Positions 1 to 7,758 of a stretch of 64,000 nucleotides of DNA are shown in pieces. The translations under genes were made by a program, and so were the position numbers. This DNA comes from Oscillospiraceae bacterium. GTDB lineage: Bacteria; Bacillota; Clostridia; Oscillospirales; UBA929. The stretch is taken from contig JAISCT010000011.1 of the NCBI GenBank assembly GCA_031265355.1, forward strand, positions 1 through 64,000, in the 5' to 3' direction. The stretch's first letter is position 1, and every line of letters starts with the position of its first letter. Below the pieces are notes generated by a model that ran no database searches, was not told the origin of the DNA, and saw nothing but the letters and a program-made list of their open reading frames with translations.

Positions 1-3000
1 GCCAGTTCTCGGTAGGACGGATCCAAATGGGTGAAGTTTGTGATAGCGCTTACGCCGGAAGCTTTCTTTGCATAATCCGTGTAGTCTCTGGTGCTGAGCT
101 GCAGCCAGTCCTTGTCGCCGAGGGCGGTCAGGTCGATACCGCCGCTCGTCGGCACATAATCGCCGCCCATTGCGTAGGGTTCGACCGCCAAATCCACAGG
201 CGGCAATACCACGCTCAGTGTCCTGCTGGCGGCGGCGCCGTTCAGATTGGCGGTGACGACGACGTCCGTGTACAAAGCGCTGTGGGAAAGCGGTCGCGTG
301 ACTGCGCCGTCATTTGACAGACCGTATTTGCCGCCGTCGGTGGAACTGGACAGCGTAAAGCGGCTGCCATACAAAATGCCCAGGACAGCTGGGTTTAGGT
401 TCGTGCGTATTTCAATCACACCCTCGCCCCAAATATTTTCACCGAAGATTTGCGGCAAAGTGGCGGCCAAATCCACAGCGGCCCTGTCGGTGTCGGTCAT
501 CCCGGCAGGTTCTGGTATCACAGTGACCGCGCTGCTCAGAAGTCCCTCGACTCCGCCTTTGACGCCGGCCATTTGGACCGTATATTTGTTGAGATTTTCG
601 ATACCCGGCACGTCAAACGGCAGCGACGGATGCTCGTAACGTACGGGCATCTCGCCGTTCTTACTCACATAAATGGCGTAGCCGTCATTTGTTTCGCCGG
701 GCGCGTCGTCGGCTTTTACGACGATGCTTGCGTCGGAGGCCGTCACATCGGCATTTGTGAGTATGGATGGCAGCCCGTCGATGCTCACAAGGAAAATCCC
801 TTTGAGACTGATGTCCGCATTGGAAGCCGCGTCGTACGGTATGCGATACTCGACATAAACATATTGTCCTTCCGAGGCCGCGCGGAAGGGCACAGTAACG
901 ACATAGATCTTCTCTGCCGCGTCCGCTGTGAGCGTTTGTGAAGCACGAACTGCCGAACCGTCAGAGAGCCGCGCCGTCATCTGGGCTGTCGTGTTCTTGA
1001 CGCCGACAACGATCTTAAGCATCTTATAGGTGTTGTCGGCCTCGGCCATGACCATGAAACCTTCGTCACTGTATTGGATGCTGTTTAGAGGTTTCCTGAC
1101 CAGTTCATAGGCGTCGGTAAAACCGAGCGCAGCCATTTGCACACTCTCACGCAACGTGTACGTGCGGGTGCCAACAGTGTTCACATTGTAAATTTGATCG
1201 CAGCCAGTTTTGTGCGCCTGGTTTTGTGTGCCGTCCGCGATCGCCGCGTTCTTGTCCGCTGTGAATGATACGTAGTCGAGCGTGCCCGCGTCCGCGCCGG
1301 CTTTTGTGATCGTGATGTCAGACATGTTGAACAGAGAGACAGTCATATCCAGCGTCGGGGTGTTGGGCAGCGACTTCGGCCCGTTCGCCGTCAGTGTTTG
1401 TTCTCCCGCCGGCACATCGAAGGTGGTCTCGACGCCCGCATTGGTCACCGTCAGTGTGAAGGCGCGGTCGCAACGCACCGTGAAGGTGACGTCGTCTGAT
1501 GCGTTCAACCTGGCTTCAGCGAGGATGTCAACCGTATTGGAAGCGCCGTCTGTCGAATACCAAATGTCTTCCACACCGTTGGCTTCGGTGAGGCGCGGCG
1601 TCCAGTAGACTGTGTTCAGTGGGGCGCTGACACGCAGACCCAGCAAGTCTTCCAGCACGATCCCAATGCCGAGACAGCCAGTCCAGCCGACGAAATTCGG
1701 ACGCGCCATACCACTGTCATTTTTGCTGGTCGCGGGACGCAAATATTCGGGCGAATAGCATTCCCAAACCGTGGAGGCAAACGCACCTTCGCGGCCCTTC
1801 TTATATGTGTCGTACAGTGTGTTTACATGACGGATGGCTTCATTAAAAGCGATGTCGCCGTAGTTTGCCGCGGAGAGTCCTTTGATGTATTGATAGGCGG
1901 TCGGCGCCCACATAGATCCGTTCCAGTATTTCCCTTTCGCGCTGAACGCCGAACGTCCGCTGCTGTCGCCTGGATAATCATAAGCCAGGGTGGCCAGCCC
2001 GTTGGGTCTGAACAATTTCTCGGAATTCAGCGCGTGCGCCTCGACGATCCGCTGTGCGCGCTCCGGCGTCGCCACACGGCCAATTAGCGCCCACAGATTT
2101 GTCGGTGTGGATATGTTTGTGTGGGTGTATCCGTCTGTGTCGAGATTGGAATACATCCCAGCATCTTCGTCCCACATCAACTCGTTGATCAGTGCGGAAA
2201 TCCGCCGGTGTTGGTCTGCAAAGTACTCATAATCTTTCGATTTGCCCAGATCTTTGGCGATGAGAGCCAGATAATATGCCTGCTGGGCCTGCTGAATGCT
2301 CAAGTCGTTGTATGTCTGCTCGCCCTTGCCGCCCGTACCCGTCACCCACGGGTAGTCCTGATTCGGTGAGTCGTCAAGACCGTTTGCATCGCCGCTCGTC
2401 TTGCCGTACAATCCGTTTTCCACCTTTTTCTCACGTTCAATGAACGCGAAATGCTCGCTCAAACGCTGATAAATTGTCTTTCCGTTAATCACCTTGTTGA
2501 AGCGTGCAATGTCGCCGTGAATCTGATATTGCTCCCATTCAGCCCATGCCCACAGCGGGGGATTGAGCCCCAGTACGCTGGTGTAATAATACTCCGAATT
2601 GCCGTTTGATTCCGTGCGTTTGCGAGGTATGTACCCGTTGCCGTTGTGTGTTACTTCACCGCTGGCATAACAGTTTTTTACAGTGCAGTTTCCGCCCTGC
2701 TCAAGGGCCACGATACCGCCCGCGTAGGCGTCCGCGCCGCACATGAATCCCACGGAGTAACAATTCTCGACGATGCTGTTTGTTTCCAGCAAGCCAACAA
2801 TGCCGCCGGCTGCCGCATTCTTGACGTGCACATAGGCGTCGCGCGAGAAACAGTTGATGATTTTTGCGCCGTTCTTTGCCTGCCCGGCAATGGCGCCGCA
2901 GTTCCCGCCGGGTTCGCTGACGGCGCCGCTCTTGATGCCGGATTCGATCACCGCGCCGATGACGCCGACGTTTTTCACGGTTCCGCCGTCCACATAACCA

Positions 3001-4781
3001 AACAGGCCCTGTGTGGCTTCGCTTGTGTAGATGTGTATACCTGAGATGGTGTGATAACCGCCGTCGAACGTGCCGGAGAACCGTCGCCCTGCCGCATCCA
3101 TACCGATGGGCGTGTGATTTTTCTGTCCGGTGAGTGTGATGTCGTCGATGAGCAGATAGAATTTCCCGACAGTGTCCTCCGCGCCGCTGTTGACCCTGAC
3201 GGCCAGCGTCTCAAGGTCGGCGGCACTCGTGATCTGATAGGGATCTGTTTCGGTGCCGCTGCCCGCGAAGGACGACGGGGCCGTCACGGAGACCGGAGAC
3301 GCCGCGAACAGAGGGAAACCTTGGTTGACGCCGCCCGTATCCGGCGCCCACGTGCCGGTGCCGCTCGCCGCGTTGAGTGCCGTCACAAAATCCGGAGAAC
3401 GCAACTGCGTCTGTGTTTTGGCGACCGAAGCGTTTGCGTTGCCGAATACACCGGAGCCGCTCCAAGGCGCCTCGCTGTCGTAAAACAGGTTTGTGTACGT
3501 GGCACTCGCGCTGAATCCGCCGGAGATCTCGCCGATGGACTTGCCCGTGTTGTCGGAACCGGAATAGTAGTAGAAATTGTCCAGAGACTGCAGCGTCGGG
3601 AACTGATTGACGCCCCACTTGTCAAACATCATCATAAACATGGTGTCCCAGCCGTAAATGGTCGGGCTGAACGCCTCGTCAACAAAGTAAACGTCTTCGG
3701 GGTTCATGGCCAACTGCGCCTTTGCGATGTTGCTTTTATGCATCTGCCACACCGCATCATATATTTCTTTCCACTCGGGGTGTTGTGCGAAATAAACCTT
3801 GGGGAGTTGCTGCATATCGATCTCATAACCGCCCGCGACGATTTCGGTCGTGGCCGACTTCACGGTGACAGAGCACGCCCGCGTTATGCCGTCCAGCACG
3901 GCGGTCACGATAACGCTGCCAGGTTTCAGGCCGGTTATGTGTCCGGTTTGGTCAACGGAGGCGATATTTGGGGCGTTCGAAGACCAAATGACGCCTTGGT
4001 CCGGCGCCGAGGTTATTTTCTGTGTATCGCCGACTTTCATATTGACACTTGTTTTGTCGAGTACCAAATCGGCGCGCATGGCGGCTTCCAGCGCGGCATA
4101 AGCGGCATTTAACTCCGACAATGTCACGCCGGGGGTGCCTAGCGCGGCCTCGGCGGCGGCGATTGCGTTTTGGAGCGTTTGCCAGGACGAAGGTTTGAAC
4201 ATGTCCGCCGTGAACGTTTGGGCCTGTGCCACCAGGGAAGTCAGATCGCTTCCGTTGATCTCCAACTCCATGAGCTGGACATAGAAAGCGTCCGCCTTGG
4301 CGTTTACTTTTGTCGCTGTAAGCCGAACGTATCTTGCGGTGACGTAGTCGAATGTATATACGGCAGTTGGTTCGGCCACCGTTGGGGGCGGGGCGTCGGT
4401 TTGACTGACGACGGTAACACTCTGTCCACTTGCCGTCCTTGTTTCTATGGTGAATGTCACCGGGTAACATACGATTGCACCGTCAACGCTGCGTGCGCGT
4501 ATGGCCACCGTATTGAGGATGACGTCTGCGCCAAGGTCAATCTCAACCCATGCGTTTCCGGTTTGGTTTGCCCCCCAGCTTGCGCTGCTCCAGCCTTTGG
4601 TGTAATCTCCATCTGTCAGATTGGCTGCAACCCACCCGGAATTGGCAAAACCGGACGCGGTGACGCTTTTCCCACGCGCCAGATTGTTGTTCTCGGCGGC
4701 CAACGTGGCTGGGACCGGACACAGCGGTAGCACCAGAGCTACCGCCAGTACGACGGCCAGCCATTTTCTTCTTCCTCTCAT
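1..4781 (-). CDS. Giant secreted multidomain glycoside-hydrolase-like protein, partial: the C-terminal part runs off the window start. It has an N-terminal signal peptide, an F5/8-type-C (CBM32-like) domain and a Big_2-like domain. A six-hairpin GH-like catalytic region was suggested only by an unverified rough reverse-complement reading.
   Basis: Absent from the ORF track because no stop codon lies inside the window. I reverse-complemented 4560-5075 by hand. ATG at 4781..4779 is preceded by a GAGAGGAAG RBS. The N-term reads MRGRRKWLAVVLAVALVLPLCPVPATLAAENNNLARGKSVTASGFANSGWVAANLTDGDYTKGWSSASWG, i.e. signal peptide plus discoidin-like motif. The only plus-strand ORFs here are short overlapping ones typical of antisense GC artefacts. 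The frame is also open upstream to ATG 5075 (see findings). Confidence 0.7.
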   Translation of the reverse strand, partial: MRGRRKWLAVVLAVALVLPLCPVPATLAAENNNLARGKSVTASGFANSGWVAANLTDGDYTKGWSSASWGANQTGNAWVEIDLGADVILNTVAIRARSVDGAIVCYPVTFTIETRTASGQSVTVVSQTDAPPPTVAEPTAVYTFDYVTARYVRLTATKVNAKADAFYVQLMELEINGSDLTSLVAQAQTFTADMFKPSSWQTLQNAIAAAEAALGTPGVTLSELNAAYAALEAAMRADLVLDKTSVNMKVGDTQKITSAPDQGVIWSSNAPNIASVDQTGHITGLKPGSVIVTAVLDGITRACSVTVKSATTEIVAGGYEIDMQQLPKVYFAQHPEWKEIYDAVWQMHKSNIAKAQLAMNPEDVYFVDEAFSPTIYGWDTMFMMMFDKWGVNQFPTLQSLDNFYYYSGSDNTGKSIGEISGGFSASATYTNLFYDSEAPWSGSGVFGNANASVAKTQTQLRSPDFVTALNAASGTGTWAPDTGGVNQGFPLFAASPVSVTAPSSFAGSGTETDPYQITSAADLETLAVRVNSGAEDTVGKFYLLIDDITLTGQKNHTPIGMDAAGRRFSGTFDGGYHTISGIHIYTSEATQGLFGYVDGGTVKNVGVIGAVIESGIKSGAVSEPGGNCGAIAGQAKNGAKIINCFSRDAYVHVKNAAAGGIVGLLETNSIVENCYSVGFMCGADAYAGGIVALEQGGNCTVKNCYASGEVTHNGNGYIPRKRTESNGNSEYYYTSVLGLNPPLWAWAEWEQYQIHGDIARFNKVINGKTIYQRLSEHFAFIEREKKVENGLYGKTSGDANGLDDSPNQDYPWVTGTGGKGEQTYNDLSIQQAQQAYYLALIAKDLGKSKDYEYFADQHRRISALINELMWDEDAGMYSNLDTDGYTHTNISTPTNLWALIGRVATPERAQRIVEAHALNSEKLFRPNGLATLAYDYPGDSSGRSAFSAKGKYWNGSMWAPTAYQYIKGLSAANYGDIAFNEAIRHVNTLYDTYKKGREGAFASTVWECYSPEYLRPATSKNDSGMARPNFVGWTGCLGIGIVLEDLLGLRVSAPLNTVYWTPRLTEANGVEDIWYSTDGASNTVDILAEARLNASDDVTFTVRCDRAFTLTVTNAGVETTFDVPAGEQTLTANGPKSLPNTPTLDMTVSLFNMSDITITKAGADAGTLDYVSFTADKNAAIADGTQNQAHKTGCDQIYNVNTVGTRTYTLRESVQMAALGFTDAYELVRKPLNSIQYSDEGFMVMAEADNTYKMLKIVVGVKNTTAQMTARLSDGSAVRASQTLTADAAEKIYVVTVPFRAASEGQYVYVEYRIPYDAASNADISLKGIFLVSIDGLPSILTNADVTASDASIVVKADDAPGETNDGYAIYVSKNGEMPVRYEHPSLPFDVPGIENLNKYTVQMAGVKGGVEGLLSSAVTVIPEPAGMTDTDRAAVDLAATLPQIFGENIWGEGVIEIRTNLNPAVLGILYGSRFTLSSSTDGGKYGLSNDGAVTRPLSHSALYTDVVVTANLNGAAASRTLSVVLPPVDLAVEPYAMGGDYVPTSGGIDLTALGDKDWLQLSTRDYTDYAKKASGVSAITNFTHLDPSYREL

Positions 4782-4974
4782 AAAAAACGCTTCCTCTCTT
4801 TCTGCCACAAAATTTTTTCGAATGATTTGTTGCGTTTTTGTTTTTTCTACCGAAAAACCGCTCGATGCCGCATCCGGCAGCAGGGGCGGCACTTCGAGGG
4901 CAAGGCCGCCTGCACATGCAGCCCCAGCGGCGGCCTTGTCTGCACACAAAGCTGTCGTCTTTTTTTCGGCGGCT

Positions 4975-5258
4975 ACGGCGCCAAACGCCTGAAGTACCAA
5001 CGGTCCGAAGGCCATGAACCCCGCTGGGATGTTACCTGATAACCTATACCTTTTTAAAGTTCTCTTTTCGGCCATTTGAGAACGTTTGGATTTGTATGAA
5101 TGCATAAAAACACGAGAGAATGATGTTGACTTCAGGGGCAATATGTGGTAAGATGTGAGCGTGATGCTCTATGATATGCCTTCCCACAAAAAGGTATACT
5201 TTTTTGAATCTTCGAAAATTCCGCGTCTTTTTGTATGAAATTTGGCAATTTCGTTTTT
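4975..5258. repeat. Copy 1 of a duplicated ~285-bp bidirectional promoter/leader cassette, inverted relative to copy 2 at 23778..24065
   Basis: Hand alignment of reverse-complemented 4975-5258 against 23778-24065. Long identical runs include CTCAAATGGCCGAAAAG, AAAAGGTATAGGTTATCA, TTGGTA.TTCAGGCGTTT, TTACCACA.ATTGCCC, AAGTCAA, TTTTTATGCA, CTATGAT.TG, CCTTCC..AAAAAGG.ATACTTTTT and GAAATTTG.CAATTTC. Confidence 0.75.
5126..5154 (+). promoter_or_regulatory. Sigma-A type promoter: TTGACT, 17 nt, TAAGAT, with an extended TG
   Basis: -35 TTGACT at 5126-5131, 17-nt spacer, TG at 5146-5147, -10 TAAGAT at 5149-5154. It is conserved in the cassette copy at 23881-23909 on the minus strand. Confidence 0.55.
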
Positions 5259-5274
5259 ACATCAAAGAGAATAA

Positions 5275-5325
5275 CCCGGAATCAACCGCCGCACCCAGGT
5301 GACGGTTGATTCCGGGTTTGTTTTG
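5275..5325 (+). terminator. Intrinsic terminator: 14-bp perfect stem CCCGGAATCAACCG / CGGTTGATTCCGGG followed by TTTGTTTTGT
   Basis: Perfect inverted repeat with a 14-nt loop followed by a T-tract. Lies ~115 nt downstream of the predicted TSS of the 5126 promoter. Confidence 0.6.
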
Positions 5326-5450
5326 TAAAAAAATCTCTCAATGCCGCAGCCGACAGAAGCTCTCCGGCGTACTTCTTTGCCATGAAAGCCTATATACTAG
5401 AAAGTGCTCCTATGGCGGATGAGCGTCGGAGGGCTATTAAGTCGCTTCGC

Positions 5451-5479
5451 TTGCTTAACAGACTTGAACGTGATATACT
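5451..5479 (+). promoter_or_regulatory. Candidate sigma-A promoter for the nfeD-floT operon: TTGCTT, 17 nt, TATACT
   Basis: -35 TTGCTT at 5451-5456 and -10 TATACT at 5474-5479, ~40 nt upstream of the nfeD RBS. Confidence 0.4.
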
Positions 5480-5521
5480 GGCTGTGAGATAAGCTGTAAA
5501 CAAGAGGGGAGGGATTGTTTG

Positions 5522-6187
5522 ATGGTTTGGTTCGTTGATTGGTGGGCTGGGCTTGGTGTGCTTGGGCAGGTGCTTGCCTGCGCCGCGCTGCCGGCTACGG
5601 CGGTCATGGTCATCCAGACGGTGCTGCTGCTCGGGGGTGCTTTCTGGGGCGACGGAGACGCGGATGGCGATACGGACGCCGACGCCGATTTTGATATGGC
5701 CGATGATGCGGACGGCGATTTTGACGGCGACGCTGCCGAGCATGGCGTCTTGCACGCGGACGACGGGTTGCGCGTGTTCACAGTGCGCGGGATCGTGGCC
5801 TTTCTGGCCGTGGGCGGCTGGACGGGCATTGCGCTGTTGAGAACGGGCGAGATGACGGCGCTGCTGGGCGCGATAGCGGCGGGGACGGCGGCGCTGCTGT
5901 TCGCGGCGCTTGTCATAAGATGGGTGCTCAAGCTTCAAGGCAACGGAAATATTGTCGTCTCAAATGCGTTGGAGCATATGGCGACGGTGTACATACCCAT
6001 ACCTCCCGCGCGCGTGGCGACCGGCAGGGTGACGATGCTCCTGCAGGGGCGGTTTACCGAGCTCGACGCGGTCACCGACGACGAAACACCGCTGAAGACG
6101 GGTGAGAGCGTACGCGTTGTGGGCGTTCTCGGAGAGAACTGCCTGGTAGTAAGTAAAGTTGAGGTGAAACAAGATTATGCCGGTTGA
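5522..6187 (+). CDS. NfeD-family membrane protein (short YuaF/YqiJ type): N-terminal TM segments, an acidic DADGD-repeat linker and a C-terminal OB-fold
   Basis: ORF-track protein. ATG at 5522 (the track begins at an adjacent TTG). GGGGAGGGA RBS 10 nt upstream. Its stop overlaps the flotillin start by 11 nt. Confidence 0.6.
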   Translation: MVWFVDWWAGLGVLGQVLACAALPATAVMVIQTVLLLGGAFWGDGDADGDTDADADFDMADDADGDFDGDAAEHGVLHADDGLRVFTVRGIVAFLAVGGWTGIALLRTGEMTALLGAIAAGTAALLFAALVIRWVLKLQGNGNIVVSNALEHMATVYIPIPPARVATGRVTMLLQGRFTELDAVTDDETPLKTGESVRVVGVLGENCLVVSKVEVKQDYAG

Positions 6188-7613
6188 AACTGTTGTATTG
6201 CTCGTCGTTGTGACTGTGTTTGTGTTTTCTATGTTTGTCGTCGTGCTCTCGCGTTATCGCAAGTGCCCGTCGGACAAGATCATGGTCATCTACGGCAAGG
6301 TCGGCACGAATCCGGACGGGAGTCCGCGGTCGGCCAGATGTATCCACGGAGGGGCCGCCTTCGTCTGGCCGGTGATTCAGGCCTACCAATACCTAGATCT
6401 GACGCCGCTGACGATCAGCGTCGACCTGACCAACGCGCTGTCTCACCAAAACATACGCGTGGACGTCCCGTCGCGGTTTACGGTGGGGATCTCGACGGAA
6501 TACGGCATCATGCAGAACGCGGCGGAGCGTCTGCTGGGGTTGAAGATGCCGGAGGTGCACGAGCTGGCCAAGGACATCATGTTTGGGCAGCTGCGTCTTG
6601 TCATCGCTACGATGGATATCGAGGAGATAAACACTGACCGAGACAAGTTTCTGGAGGCCGTGTCTCACAATGTGGAGACGGAACTCAAGAAGATAGGTCT
6701 GCGCCTTATAAACGTCAACGTGACCGACATCACCGACGAATCCGGTTACATAGAGGCACTGGGCAAGGAGGCGGCCGCGAAGGCGATAAACGACGCCAAG
6801 CAGAGTGTGGCGGAGAAGAACAGAGACGGCGCGACGGGCGTGGCGCGCGCGCACAAGGACGAGCGCATCGCGGTCGCCGAGGCAGATGCGACGGCCGTTG
6901 AGGGAGAAAACCGCGCGAAGGTCACGATAGCGCAGTCGGACGCGACAAGGCGCGAGCAGGAGGCCGAGGCGCTGCGCCGTGCGACGGCGGCCGAACAGAC
7001 GGCGCAGGCGCGCGCCCTCGAAGAGGCGTACGCCGCCCAGCAGCTTGCCGAGCAAGCGAGGGCGGTGCGCGACGAGACGACGGGGCAGGCTGACATCATA
7101 GTCAACGCGCGGATCGCCAAGGAGAGGCTGGAGCTCGAAGCCGATGCGGACGCCGAGCAGGCGCGCCGCCGGGCGAGGGGCGATGCGGACGCCATCTTTG
7201 CCAGGATGGAGGCGCAGGCGCGCGGCGCTTTGGAGATACTTGGAAAGCAGGCGGAAGGCTTTGGCAAGCTTGTGGCGGCGGCCGGTGGGACGCCGGACGC
7301 GGCTGTTCAATTGATGCTCGCCGATAAGATAGAGGAGCTTGTCAAGGTACAGGTCGAGGCTGTCAAGAACCTGCGGATAGACAAGGTCACCGTCTGGGAT
7401 TCAATGAACGGCGAGGGTGGCTCGCCGACGACGTCAAACTTTCTTGCAGGGCTCATGAAGTCGATTCCGCCGCTGAGCGAGGCCTTTAAAATGGCCGGCA
7501 TGCGCGTACCGGAATTTTTAGGCACGGAGCGCACGGAACCGCCAGAATATACCGGGACGCGCGAGGAGACACAGCCGCCGGAAACCGAAACCGGTGAGCC
7601 AGAGGTCGGATAA
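6177..7613 (+). CDS. floT: Flotillin-like SPFH/band-7 protein (FloT/YuaG/YqiK type) with a long Ala/Glu/Arg-rich coiled-coil and a PE-rich tail
   Basis: N-terminal TM followed by an SPFH domain and an EA-rich repeat region. Translationally coupled to the upstream NfeD gene, as in yuaF-floT and yqiJ-yqiK pairs. Confidence 0.75.
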   Translation: MPVETVVLLVVVTVFVFSMFVVVLSRYRKCPSDKIMVIYGKVGTNPDGSPRSARCIHGGAAFVWPVIQAYQYLDLTPLTISVDLTNALSHQNIRVDVPSRFTVGISTEYGIMQNAAERLLGLKMPEVHELAKDIMFGQLRLVIATMDIEEINTDRDKFLEAVSHNVETELKKIGLRLINVNVTDITDESGYIEALGKEAAAKAINDAKQSVAEKNRDGATGVARAHKDERIAVAEADATAVEGENRAKVTIAQSDATRREQEAEALRRATAAEQTAQARALEEAYAAQQLAEQARAVRDETTGQADIIVNARIAKERLELEADADAEQARRRARGDADAIFARMEAQARGALEILGKQAEGFGKLVAAAGGTPDAAVQLMLADKIEELVKVQVEAVKNLRIDKVTVWDSMNGEGGSPTTSNFLAGLMKSIPPLSEAFKMAGMRVPEFLGTERTEPPEYTGTREETQPPETETGEPEVG

Positions 7614-7682
7614 AAAGCATTTACCGCGTCGGTCGTCCTACTCGTATGGTAAAATTTGGAATATTTTGTAAATTCAAAAACA

Positions 7683-7733
7683 ATCGTGAAAACCGGCCGG
7701 TGCGTACATATCGCACCGGCCGGTTTTCACGAT
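7683..7733. terminator. Bidirectional intrinsic terminator: perfect 22-bp inverted repeat between convergent floT and the GH27 gene
   Basis: ATCGTGAAAACCGGCCGGTGCG, tacatat loop, CGCACCGGCCGGTTTTCACGAT, with T-rich flanks on both strands. Confidence 0.7.
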
Positions 7734-7758
7734 TTTATAGCGGACAAATTCTTCGGTG

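Noticed and set aside
27-4992. Numerous plus-strand ORFs of 60-350 aa in the track (for example 3051..4112, 450..941, 4170..4730)
   Set aside because: They lie antisense to the continuous minus-strand reading frame of the giant GH gene. They are Ala/Arg/Gly-rich, overlap each other in different frames and lack RBSs. These are typical high-GC antisense artefacts.
4782-5075. Calling the partial GH gene start at ATG 5075, a 98-aa N-terminal extension
   Set aside because: The SD-preceded ATG at 4781 is immediately followed by a canonical signal peptide, which must be N-terminal for Sec export. The upstream open frame is kept as a possible leader or uORF in the findings, not as the CDS start.
5382-5492. 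36-codon ORF MKAYILESAPMADERRRAIKSLRLLNRLERDILAVR in the nfeD leader
   Set aside because: It has no Shine-Dalgarno sequence and overlaps the predicted nfeD promoter. Probably fortuitous.
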